Source of the DNA: Acidimicrobiales bacterium
GTDB taxonomy: Bacteria; Actinomycetota; Acidimicrobiia; Acidimicrobiales; Aldehydirespiratoraceae
Assembly: GCA_049437325.1 (NCBI GenBank)
Contig: JBMTIM010000001.1
Span: 16,738-80,737, forward strand
Direction: 5' to 3'
Length of the DNA: 64,000 bases
Of the stretch, positions 36,420-44,709 are shown piece after piece; position 1 is the stretch's first letter; every line of letters starts with the position of its first letter. The notes under the pieces were generated by a model. That model saw only the letters and a list, made by a program, of their open reading frames with translations, had not been told where the DNA came from and did no database searches. Made by a program: the position numbers and the translations under genes.

Positions 36420-37253
36420 TCACACCTGCGTTTCGCAGAAGTACGTCCAGGCACCACCGAACTTGACCCGCTGGATCGGAAGTCGGCTCCGGCTGCTGAG
36501 TTGGCCGTGCTTGCCCCAGACATTGAGATGGTCGGCGAAGTCGCCGGAAACGCCGAACGGATCGACGAACGGCCGATCGGGTGTGGATGTCCCCCGGTAT
36601 TTGATTGCATCGTGGAGCGTCTGCACGAGTGCTCGATGCAGGCGACGGATCTCCTGACTCGACAGTGCATTCGACGGACGGTCGTACCGCAACCCCGCCT
36701 CGAACAGGATCTCGTCGGCATAGATGTTGCCGATACCGACCACGAACGAGTCGTCGGTGAGGAGTGTCTTGAGCTTCGTATCGCGCTGGAGCAACGCCCG
36801 GCCGAACTCGGTCCACGAGATCGGCTCGTCGACCGGGTCGAGGCCCAGACCGCCGAGCGACGGGACCTCGTCGATCAGCGCCTCGCTGTCGACCACGAAC
36901 ATCTGGGCGCTGCCGGCGGCATCGATCAACCGCAGCTGGCCGTGTTGGGTGAAGGTGATCACCACCTCCGTGTTGTCCTCGATGGCGTCCCGATTGGCGT
37001 TCCGACGCAACGACCCGGAGGAGCCGAGATCGACCACGAGGGTCGAGCCGCCATCGAACCCAATCGTCAGATACAACCCACGACGCGCCACACCAATGAT
37101 CTTCATGTCGTCGAGCTGGCCCGTGAACGACTTGCGGTTCTTGTAGCGACCGAGCGTCTTCATGCTCATCGCCTCCGCAGACCTCACCTTCTTGCCGACC
37201 AAATCGCGATCGAGTTCACGACGGACCGTTTCGATTTCCGGCAGCTCAAACAT
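36420..37253 (-). CDS. mutM: Fpg/Nei-family homolog (formamidopyrimidine-DNA glycosylase position) with degenerate catalytic and zinc-finger residues
   Basis: 277 aa in rnc-fpg-smc synteny. The H2TH region VVGIGNIYADEILFEAGL and RGTS are present. However, the N-terminus is MFELPEIE (Phe instead of Pro-2), RRGLYL replaces RRGKYL, and the C-terminus GQLSSRSRLPIQRVKFGGAWTYFCETQV retains only 1 of 4 zinc Cys. Confidence 0.8.
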   Translation of the reverse strand: MFELPEIETVRRELDRDLVGKKVRSAEAMSMKTLGRYKNRKSFTGQLDDMKIIGVARRGLYLTIGFDGGSTLVVDLGSSGSLRRNANRDAIEDNTEVVITFTQHGQLRLIDAAGSAQMFVVDSEALIDEVPSLGGLGLDPVDEPISWTEFGRALLQRDTKLKTLLTDDSFVVGIGNIYADEILFEAGLRYDRPSNALSSQEIRRLHRALVQTLHDAIKYRGTSTPDRPFVDPFGVSGDFADHLNVWGKHGQLSSRSRLPIQRVKFGGAWTYFCETQV

Positions 37254-37256
37254 CGG

Positions 37257-37886
37257 TCACTCCATCTCCGCCGAACGAGTTCGATAGGCAGCCTCTGCCG
37301 CCCGCTGCTCGGCTTCCTTCTTCGACGTGCCGTCACCGGCGCCTTGTGCCACCCCACCGACCAGAACGGTGGCGTGGAATCGTTTGTGGTGGTCAGGACC
37401 GCTCTCACTCAATCGGTAGACGGGCGGCCCGTGCCCGTCTTGGGCGGTCACTTCCTGCAGCTGTGTCTTGAAGTCGGCAGACCCGGGCCGACGAGCGGCG
37501 GTGTCGATTCGGTCGGTGAGCATGTCGAGAACGAGGCGACGCACCGGTTCGATGCCTCCATCGAGATACGCAGCTCCGATCACCGCTTCGACCGCGTCTG
37601 CCAGGATCGATGCCTTCTCACGGCCACCCGATGCGTCTTCACCCTTTCCGAGCCGAAGGTCGGGACCGATCCCGAGGTCGATGCCGACCGCTGCGAGCGC
37701 ATCGGCCGAGACGACCGCAGCCCGAGCCTTTGCCAGCTGCCCCTCGGGCAGGTCAGGAAATCGGCTGAACAGGTCGTCGGTGACGACCAACCCGAGGACG
37801 GCATCACCGAGGAACTCGAGGCGTTCGTTCGAGGGATCGCCGGGGTGCTCGGCACACCAGGAACGGTGTGTCAGCGCGTGAGCCAA
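37257..37886 (-). CDS. rnc: Ribonuclease III
   Basis: Signature ERLEFLGDAVLGLVV and a C-terminal dsRBD (KTQLQEV...GTSKKEAEQRAAEAA). The ORF-track start is TTG 37886. Homology continues upstream to about 37930, so the real start may be the CTG at 37955. Confidence 0.9.
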   Translation of the reverse strand: MAHALTHRSWCAEHPGDPSNERLEFLGDAVLGLVVTDDLFSRFPDLPEGQLAKARAAVVSADALAAVGIDLGIGPDLRLGKGEDASGGREKASILADAVEAVIGAAYLDGGIEPVRRLVLDMLTDRIDTAARRPGSADFKTQLQEVTAQDGHGPPVYRLSESGPDHHKRFHATVLVGGVAQGAGDGTSKKEAEQRAAEAAYRTRSAEME

Positions 37887-37958
37887 CAGGGTCGCGTCAG
37901 CGAATCGGTAACCGATCCGCTCCTCGAGCGAGGTCGAAGGTGCCGCAGCAGGCAGAGC

Positions 37959-38216
37959 TCAGCCCAACTTCGCGACGACGTAGTCGACGGCATCGCGGAC
38001 GGTCCGCAGGTCTTCCAGATCCTCGTCCTCGATGCGGAAACCGACCGAGCGCTCTGCGAGTTCCTCCTCGATCGCCTCGACAAGTTCGATGAGCGCCAAC
38101 GAGTCTGCGTCGAGATCGTCGGAGAACGCATCACCTTCGCCGATGGCCGACGGCTCGATCTCGAGGATCTCGGCCAAACGGTCCTTGACGAGCGTGAGTA
38201 CTTCATCGCGTCCCAT
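37959..38216 (-). CDS. acpP: Acyl carrier protein
   Basis: 85 aa from ATG 38216 (MGRDEVLTLVKDRL). The phosphopantetheine attachment motif is DLDADSLALIELV. The plsX-acp-rnc-smc order resembles other Gram-positive lineages. The ORF-track N-terminal extension was rejected. Confidence 0.85.
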   Translation of the reverse strand: MGRDEVLTLVKDRLAEILEIEPSAIGEGDAFSDDLDADSLALIELVEAIEEELAERSVGFRIEDEDLEDLRTVRDAVDYVVAKLG

Positions 38217-38346
38217 GGGTTCTCCCTCCACATGCGTTTCGGCAGGCATCAGCTCTCCAGTTGCCCCAAAATGCGCCCAAGAGGGCGCAAACACCGCCCG
38301 CACCCTACAGGCATTCCGAGCTTGCGCGCTTGTGAATACGGGCTGA

Positions 38347-39336
38347 TCAGTCCGACACAGCAGCGGACGTGAGGTGGTCGACCATCCCCACTTCGACCAT
38401 TTCATGGGCAACGCGGATGGCGTTGACGATCGCAGCGGGCGAGCTCGAGCCGTGGGAGATCACACAAATCCCCTTGATACCGAGCAGGAGCGCCCCACCC
38501 ACCGAGTCCGGGTGGAGCTCGGAAACCATCTGGTCGAGCGCTGGACCGAGTGCAGCGCCGGCGGCACGGGTCTCGTCGTCGGTGTCGATAGCGACGAGAA
38601 GTCGACCGATGAGCGCTCTCATTGCACCTTCGAGTGTCTTGAGGGTGACGTTGCCGGTGAAGCCGTCGGTCACGACGACGTCGACTTCGTCGGTCATGAC
38701 ATCGCGCCCCTCGACGTTCCCGATCCACTCGCAACCGGCGTTGGCGGCCCAGACAGGGTCGCTGAGATGGTCGAAACACTCTTTGACGAACGGGCTGCCC
38801 TTGCCCGCTTCCTCACCGATCGACAACAAGCCGACCTTCGGGCGGACGATCGAAAAACGATCTCGGGCGTAGACAGCACCCATCTGGGCGAACTCGACCA
38901 GCCACTCGGGGCGGCACTCCGCGTTTGCCCCGGCATCGAGGAGGGTTGTCGGGGTGCCTCCGGGGACCGGGATCGGTGTGGCGATCGCCGGTCGGTTGAT
39001 GCCTTTGATTCGGCCCATACGCAGCAGTGCAGACGCCATCGTTGCGCCGGTGTTGCCGGCCGAGACCATGGCCGACGCAGCCCCGTCGCGCACCGCCTCG
39101 GCGGCCCGCACCAGCGAGGAGTCCTTCATCTTTCGAACGCTCGACCCGGGCTCGGCATCCATGGCGATGACCTCGGACGCTTCGATGACCGAGAGTCCCC
39201 CGGTGTCGCCGATGTCGTCCGGGCGCCCAACGAGGACGACCGGAATGCCGAACTCCTGATTCGCCCGTTTGGCTCCGTCGACGATGGCTGCGGGCGCGAA
39301 GTCGCCGCCCATGGCGTCGACTGCGATCGGCAGCAT
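38347..39336 (-). CDS. plsX: Phosphate acyltransferase PlsX
   Basis: Start at ATG 39336 (MLPIAVDAMGGDFAP), with SAGNTGA and GFTGNV motifs. It lies downstream of rpmF. Confidence 0.92.
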   Translation of the reverse strand: MLPIAVDAMGGDFAPAAIVDGAKRANQEFGIPVVLVGRPDDIGDTGGLSVIEASEVIAMDAEPGSSVRKMKDSSLVRAAEAVRDGAASAMVSAGNTGATMASALLRMGRIKGINRPAIATPIPVPGGTPTTLLDAGANAECRPEWLVEFAQMGAVYARDRFSIVRPKVGLLSIGEEAGKGSPFVKECFDHLSDPVWAANAGCEWIGNVEGRDVMTDEVDVVVTDGFTGNVTLKTLEGAMRALIGRLLVAIDTDDETRAAGAALGPALDQMVSELHPDSVGGALLLGIKGICVISHGSSSPAAIVNAIRVAHEMVEVGMVDHLTSAAVSD

Positions 39337-39341
39337 GGAGA

Positions 39342-39521
39342 TCAGTCGACCTCGACGGCCTGGCGACCGGAGTACCAACCGCAGTTGCCGCACGCACGAT
39401 GAGGGCGCTTGGCCGCCTCACACCGAGGGCAGGTGGAGCGGGCCGTGCGGCCGACACGCCACGCCGAGGCCTTCCGGCTGCGACTCTTCGACTTGGACAT
39501 CTTCCGCTTCGGGACAGCCAT
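39342..39521 (-). CDS. rpmF: 50S ribosomal protein L32
   Basis: 59 aa from ATG 39521: MAVPKRKMSKSKSRSRKASAW...CPRCEAAKRPHRACGNCGWY (Cys4 zinc-ribbon form). Confidence 0.93.
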   Translation of the reverse strand: MAVPKRKMSKSKSRSRKASAWRVGRTARSTCPRCEAAKRPHRACGNCGWYSGRQAVEVD

Positions 39522-39609
39522 GATGCGATTCCTGTGTGCGATCGAGTGTCGGCGAACGGCCGACGAGAACACTGAATGTTAGCGACGAACCCGTTGCGCT
39601 CCTACTGCT

Positions 39610-40155
39610 TCACGACCGTTCCTCGCCGACCTCGTCGGCGACGTCGTCGAAGGTGAGGGCATCGAGCGCCGCCCATCGAGGGTCGCGCGGTGGCTCCGGT
39701 GATTCGGCCTCGTCGGCTCCCTCGACCGGACCGGTCGGGAACCGTTCGGTGTCTGGCCCGGCACAGTCGTCTCGACACAGTGGCGCCAGCGGAAGAGCGA
39801 GGAGGGCCAACTCGCGAACGACGGGCGTCAGATCGATGCGCTCGTCTTCGATCGGCCACGTCTCACCTTCGCTCGGATGCCGCTCGAAGATCTCGCGCAG
39901 CTCGATCTCGAACGGCTCGTCGACGTCGTCGAGGCAACGTCGACATGGCGCCCGCGAGACACCGCGCACGGTGCCGCTGACCACGATGCCCTCGGTCGCC
40001 GCTTCGACCACGACATCGACTGCGAGCGAGCCGCCCACGATCGACCGATCTCCGACCGCAGTGTCGGCAAGCACGAGATCTGCACCGACGCTGCGCCGGG
40101 TACCGGTGCGCCGCTGGAGTTCGACGATGTCGACGACGAGGGTCGCCTGGGTCAT
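39610..40155 (-). CDS. yceD: DUF177 / YceD family protein
   Basis: About 181 aa containing CRRCLDDVDEPFEIELREIF ... LALPLAPLCRDDCAG. It sits in the canonical position upstream of rpmF. The ATG at 40155 overlaps the upstream stop as TGATG. Confidence 0.85.
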   Translation of the reverse strand: MTQATLVVDIVELQRRTGTRRSVGADLVLADTAVGDRSIVGGSLAVDVVVEAATEGIVVSGTVRGVSRAPCRRCLDDVDEPFEIELREIFERHPSEGETWPIEDERIDLTPVVRELALLALPLAPLCRDDCAGPDTERFPTGPVEGADEAESPEPPRDPRWAALDALTFDDVADEVGEERS

Positions 40156-40736
40156 CAATCGTCCTGGTCGAAGAACCCCTCGGAACGCTGAGGCTCCTCA
40201 GGTTCGACCTGCGCAATCTCGGCTTGCGGTTCGGCACCCTGCAGCCGTGCTCGACCAGACGCAACCGTCTTCATGGTGCGTTCGAGTACGACCTCCATTG
40301 CGCCGAGCTTCTGATCGCACCAGTCCTCGGTCTCGAGCTTCAGTTCTCGGGCGTGATCCTCGGCTGCTGCCACGATTCGCCGAGCTTGTTCCTCGGCTGC
40401 CTTGACGAGTTCGGTTCGCAGCACCCGCCGCTCAGCCTCGGCGCGAGCGGTTGCAATGAGCTGGTCCCCTTCGGCCTGCACCCGTGCAAGGAAGTTGTCT
40501 CGCTCCTTGAGCAACCAGCGGGCTGCTCGCAGCTCACCGGGCAGACCTTGCGCGGCAGCCTGCAACACGGCCAAGACTTCTTCCTTGTTGATCATCGACG
40601 ATGCCGAAAGCGGCATCGGCCGCGCCTGTTCGACGAGCTCGATGGCCTGTCGGATCAGCGCCTCCGCCTGGGGACTCCGGTACTCGGGAGGACCACCGGT
40701 CGACCCCGGCTCCACCGCAGGCGGCTGATCACTCAC
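40155..40736 (-). CDS. Coiled-coil protein (ATP synthase b / DivIVA-like heptad pattern); function not assignable
   Basis: 193 aa, rich in A/E/R/L heptads (LARVQAEGDQLIATARAEAERRVLRTELVKAAEEQARRIVAAAEDHARELK). It lies between coaD and yceD. I could not verify any motif. Confidence 0.55.
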   Translation of the reverse strand: MSDQPPAVEPGSTGGPPEYRSPQAEALIRQAIELVEQARPMPLSASSMINKEEVLAVLQAAAQGLPGELRAARWLLKERDNFLARVQAEGDQLIATARAEAERRVLRTELVKAAEEQARRIVAAAEDHARELKLETEDWCDQKLGAMEVVLERTMKTVASGRARLQGAEPQAEIAQVEPEEPQRSEGFFDQDD

Positions 40737-41212
40737 GCGTATCGTTCCTTGATCCGGCGATTGACGCCGTCGGGCACCATCTTCGACACGTCACCGCCGA
40801 ACTTTGCGATCTCTCGAATGAACTTCGAGGCGACGAACGACGACTTCGACATCGACGGAATGAAGATGGTGTGCACGCCGGAAACGGCGTTGTTCATCTG
40901 AGCCATCTGGAGTTCGTTCTCGAAGTCGGAGACGGCTCGCAGACCCTTGATGATGAACGATGCTCCCAGTTCGATCGCAAGATCGACGACCAGTGAGGAG
41001 AACATGGTGACCTCGACGTTGCCGAGGTGCTCGACGGCCTCCTCGATCATCGCTTGGCGCTCTCCGAGATCGAAGGCTCCGCCGCCTTTCTGGGGGTTGC
41101 GCATGGCGGCCACCACGACCTCGTCGAACAGTTCCGAGGCGGTGGAGATGATCTCGATATGGCCGTTGTGCACCGGATCGAAGGATCCGGGGTACAGAAC
41201 ACGGGTGGTCAC
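40733..41212 (-). CDS. coaD: Phosphopantetheine adenylyltransferase
   Basis: YPGSFDPVHNGHIEII nucleotidyltransferase motif. The start at GTG 41212 overlaps the rsmD stop (GTGA). The ORF-track extension to 41293 was rejected. Confidence 0.9.
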   Translation of the reverse strand: MTTRVLYPGSFDPVHNGHIEIISTASELFDEVVVAAMRNPQKGGGAFDLGERQAMIEEAVEHLGNVEVTMFSSLVVDLAIELGASFIIKGLRAVSDFENELQMAQMNNAVSGVHTIFIPSMSKSSFVASKFIREIAKFGGDVSKMVPDGVNRRIKERYA

Positions 41213-41745
41213 GCTGCTTCTTCCCCTTGTGGGCTTGCCGTGGCGAGCGTCACCACGGTACCCCCGTATCTCTTCACCCTGTGAACAACCCACCCGAAAG
41301 GGGGGTCTACTGCACGGTCGGACTCGATGACGACGGTGCCGGATTCGATACTCGACAGCAACGCACTCCAGCCGTCGAAACCGTACGGCGGGTCGAGCAA
41401 GATCAGGTCGTAGTCGCCCATCGTCTCTAGATGCCGCAGACCGTCACCGGCGATCACCGTGGTCTGCGATGCGATTCTCAACGTCTCGACGTTCTCCCGC
41501 AGTGCTGCCAGGGCCGCCCGACCCTGCTCGACGAACGTTGCGTGGGCTGCGCCCCTGCTCAACGCTTCGATCCCGAGTGCACCAGAGCCGGCGAACAGGT
41601 CGAGCACCCGCGAACCGTCGATTGCGTCGAGAGAGAACAGTGCGTTGAACATCGCCTCGCGCACCCGCTCCGAGGTCGGTCGGGTGTCCTCCCCCGCTGG
41701 GGAAACCAGCTTTCGACCGCCGAGCGATCCGGCAACAACACGCAT
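41209..41745 (-). CDS. rsmD: 16S rRNA (guanine966-N2)-methyltransferase RsmD
   Basis: 178 aa with RPTSERVREAMFN, LDLFAGSGALGIEALSRGA and LLDPPYGF motifs. The rsmD-coaD pairing is conserved. Confidence 0.9.
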   Translation of the reverse strand: MRVVAGSLGGRKLVSPAGEDTRPTSERVREAMFNALFSLDAIDGSRVLDLFAGSGALGIEALSRGAAHATFVEQGRAALAALRENVETLRIASQTTVIAGDGLRHLETMGDYDLILLDPPYGFDGWSALLSSIESGTVVIESDRAVDPPFGWVVHRVKRYGGTVVTLATASPQGEEAA

Positions 41746-41787
41746 GGTCGCCAGTGTGCCGCATGATCGGGCCGGTACGGTCGGACG

Positions 41788-41955
41788 ATGCCCATACCCC
41801 GAACGATCACCTGCGTCGATTGCGGCGGCGAGTGCTCACTGATCAGCTACGAGCCCGACGAGGGGTGGGAGCCCGGCGACATCGTCGCCTTCCGATGCCG
41901 CGACTGTCTCGACCGCTGGGACGTCGAACTCACCGCTGACGACATCGAGCCTTGA
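41788..41955 (+). CDS. Small zinc-ribbon protein (55 aa), not in the supplied ORF track
   Basis: My own translation: MPIPRTITCVDCGGECSLISYEPDEGWEPGDIVAFRCRDCLDRWDVELTADDIEP*. It has a CxxC-x21-CxxC pattern. By hand count, 46 of 55 codons end in G/C. It fills the otherwise empty 228-nt gap between rsmD and the FGGY kinase. Confidence 0.55.
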   Translation: MPIPRTITCVDCGGECSLISYEPDEGWEPGDIVAFRCRDCLDRWDVELTADDIEP

Positions 41956-41973
41956 CTCGGGTGCGCACTGCCG

Positions 41974-43392
41974 TCACCGATCGAGTGCGGCGATCGCCTC
42001 GGTGATCGGATCGAGGTGCTGATGCATCAGTGCTTCGATCGCCGCCAGGTCGGCGTAGCGATCGGTGTGCTCGGCGATGGGCTCGAAGCTCTCCGCACGC
42101 TGGACGAGCAGGTCGACTGCCTCGTCGGGTGACGACCACACGCCGGCGAAGGTACCGGCGTGCACGGCGCAACCGATCGCAGCCGATGAACGAAGTCGGT
42201 TCCGGCTCACCGGGACCCCATGGACGTCGGCGAGGATCTGCAGCATGACGTCGGAGTTGGCACCGCCCCCACTCACGACCAATTCGTCGAACGGCCGAGC
42301 GAGTTCGTCGGCCATCTGCTGCATATGGCGCCGCAGTCGCAGGGCGATTCCCTCGAGTATCGACCGGTACACATGGGCTCGGCCGTGACGGCCGTCGAAG
42401 CCGATCAACGCTCCTTTCCGAAATGGCGCATGAGGTGGAGCAGCCCAGTCGTGCACGGTCAGCAAGCCGTCACAACCGGGCGGCACCGTCTGCGCCTCGA
42501 CATCGAGCTCGCGTTCGGACGTCCCCGCTGCGAACTGGTCTCGGAACCAACTGACGCTCCACATGCCGCGACGAACGCCCCAACACTCGTAGAGGTACTG
42601 CCCTGCGATCGCGGCCTGGAATGTCCAGAAGGATTCGGCATCGGCGAGCGGCGCTGCACCATGTGTCATCGCCGCGATGTAGGTACCGAGCGAAATCAGG
42701 CCGACCCCCGGGTCGAGCGCCCCTGAACCGAGAGCTTCGACAGCCTTGTCGTGGGCCGTTGCGATGACCGGGAGGCCCTCGGGCACGCCGAGCTCGGCAG
42801 CGACCGAAGCGGAGAGTCCGCCGATCTTCTCCCCTGGTTTCACGAGGTCGAAGACCTGGTCACGACGAAGTCGGCAGACATCCCATTGTGTCGCGTCGGT
42901 CGACCAGTCGAGCGCACGATCGTCGACGGGCCACCATCCGATCAGGTTCGCACACGTGTCCACCCGCTCTCCGGTGAGCCGGAATCCGATGTACCCCGAG
43001 CTCGTGGTGATGTGGCTGACGTCACCGTAGTGAGACTCGTGGGCGTGGGGATGATCCAGACGCTCGTCCATCCAATTGATCACGGGGTGGGCGAGTGATC
43101 CGTCGGCCCGAAGCAGGACCCGACAACAGCGAATGACACAAATGCCCATCGCGCCGATGTCGGCGGTGTCGTGCCCGGCAGCAGTGAACCCAGCGATGGC
43201 CTCACGGAACGCTGCAACGGTCCCGTCCCACAGGTCGTCGGCGGGATGGATCGCTCGGTTGGGAGACGGGATCACCAGTTGGCGGAGCTGCTTTCGGCCT
43301 TGGGCAACAACCTCGCCCGACTCGGCGAAGACGACAACCTTTGCGCTCTGGGTCCCGATGTCGACCCCGATCACGAACCGTTGTTCGGCCAT
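41974..43392 (-). CDS. FGGY-family carbohydrate kinase (xylulokinase/glycerol kinase-like)
   Basis: 472 aa with N-terminus FVIGVDIGTQSAKVVVF (the actin-fold phosphate-1 motif) and a C-terminal VVSGGGANSDVMLQILADV. Confidence 0.85.
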   Translation of the reverse strand: MAEQRFVIGVDIGTQSAKVVVFAESGEVVAQGRKQLRQLVIPSPNRAIHPADDLWDGTVAAFREAIAGFTAAGHDTADIGAMGICVIRCCRVLLRADGSLAHPVINWMDERLDHPHAHESHYGDVSHITTSSGYIGFRLTGERVDTCANLIGWWPVDDRALDWSTDATQWDVCRLRRDQVFDLVKPGEKIGGLSASVAAELGVPEGLPVIATAHDKAVEALGSGALDPGVGLISLGTYIAAMTHGAAPLADAESFWTFQAAIAGQYLYECWGVRRGMWSVSWFRDQFAAGTSERELDVEAQTVPPGCDGLLTVHDWAAPPHAPFRKGALIGFDGRHGRAHVYRSILEGIALRLRRHMQQMADELARPFDELVVSGGGANSDVMLQILADVHGVPVSRNRLRSSAAIGCAVHAGTFAGVWSSPDEAVDLLVQRAESFEPIAEHTDRYADLAAIEALMHQHLDPITEAIAALDR

Positions 43393-43545
43393 GGCGGAGC
43401 AACCTAGCGGTCACGCCGCCCCTCCACCCCGGCCAGCCCCTCATCCTCACCCCTTCGGCTCGACACTCCAGCGGAGTCGCGCGGCGGAGGTGCCGTGCTG
43501 CAAGAACTACGCCGCCCCGGTTCGGGCGTGAGAGGCTCACGCCCG

Positions 43546-44709
43546 ATGAGTGGAACGACCACGGCCGACGAGGCAATCCTGACGTGGAGGACGCTGCCAT
43601 TCCTCGTCGGTGGGTTTCTCGGGCCATTCGGCACCATGGTCGTGATCTCGATCTACCCGGAATTGCGCACCACCTTCGACGCTTCCACTGCCGCCGTCAC
43701 ATGGTCGTTCTCGGGCTATCTCTTCGCGATGGCGGTGTGTCTGCTGGTCTCGGGAACGATCGGCGAACGGTACGGCCGCAGGCGGGTCACCCGCATCACG
43801 TTCTGCGTCTACGCCCTGGCATCGATCGTCGCCGCGTTCACGCCCACGCTCGGCCTGTTCATCGCAGCCCGCATCGTGATGGGTGCCGCCAACGCCTTCA
43901 TCACGCCGCTGTTGATTGCCGGACTTTCCGAGATCGTCGAGGAGCGCCGTCTCGGCCGGGCCGTTGGTGTCTACGCCGGCTTCCAGGCTGCCGGGTCGGC
44001 AGTCGCTCCCTTCGCCTCCGGACTCATGGCCGAGATCGACTGGCGATGGACGTTCATCCTCGTCGCCGCCGTGTCGATCCTGCTCAGCCTCCGGCCCGCC
44101 CCCGGCGAACCGCGGCAGTCGCTGAACGCACCACCGATCCGCCCGCTCTTTCGGCTTGCGATGACACGGCTGTGGCTTGGCGCGTTCACCGCTGCAGCCG
44201 GCCCACTGGGCCTTGCCGTGCTGGTCGGGGTTCGACTGCGCGATGAACTCGACGTCTCGTCGTCGGGTGCCGGGGCGATCCTGCTCACCTCCGGCCTTCT
44301 CACCATGGCGACGAGCCCGCGATGGGGCTCGGCCATCGACCGTCTCGGCGGTCGCCGGGCGTCACTGCTGAGCCTCGGGGCGACCGCAGTCATCGGCGCC
44401 ACCCTCGGCATCTTCGGCGAGGTGACGACGTTCGTCGTCGTGTGGCTTCTGCTGTCGGTCGTCGTCGGTCTGATCCCACTGAACCTGCAGCGTCTCGCTG
44501 CGATCGCCGTGCCAGAGAACCGCGGTGGTGCCCTGAGCTCGGTGCTTGCGTTCCGCTTCTTCGGTCACGCTGCCGGTCCGCTCGTGTTCATCCCGATGCT
44601 CGAGTGGTCGAGTTCGGTTGCGCTGGCCGTCGCCTCGGGACTTGGACTGGTCACCCTCGCCGTCTACATGGCCGCTGAGCGGCCGGAGCATCACTCCTCG
44701 ACCGGGTAG
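43546..44709 (+). CDS. MFS transporter
   Basis: About 12 TM helices with an MFS loop motif GTIGERYGRRRV between TM2 and TM3. The start is taken at ATG 43546; the ORF track gives 43495. Confidence 0.82.
   Translation: MSGTTTADEAILTWRTLPFLVGGFLGPFGTMVVISIYPELRTTFDASTAAVTWSFSGYLFAMAVCLLVSGTIGERYGRRRVTRITFCVYALASIVAAFTPTLGLFIAARIVMGAANAFITPLLIAGLSEIVEERRLGRAVGVYAGFQAAGSAVAPFASGLMAEIDWRWTFILVAAVSILLSLRPAPGEPRQSLNAPPIRPLFRLAMTRLWLGAFTAAAGPLGLAVLVGVRLRDELDVSSSGAGAILLTSGLLTMATSPRWGSAIDRLGGRRASLLSLGATAVIGATLGIFGEVTTFVVVWLLLSVVVGLIPLNLQRLAAIAVPENRGGALSSVLAFRFFGHAAGPLVFIPMLEWSSSVALAVASGLGLVTLAVYMAAERPEHHSSTG

Noticed and set aside
35172-38372. 1066-aa plus-strand ORF
   Set aside because: It is antisense to smc, the fpg-like gene, rnc and acpP and spans several independent genes. 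Its composition is low complexity and no domain is recognisable.
41754-41939. The listed 61-aa ORF in the rsmD / FGGY-kinase gap
   Set aside because: Its translation is Arg-rich (RRLRRRVLTDQLRARRGVGARRHRR), typical of an off-frame read. The overlapping frame at 41788..41955 gives a well-formed zinc ribbon with proper codon bias.
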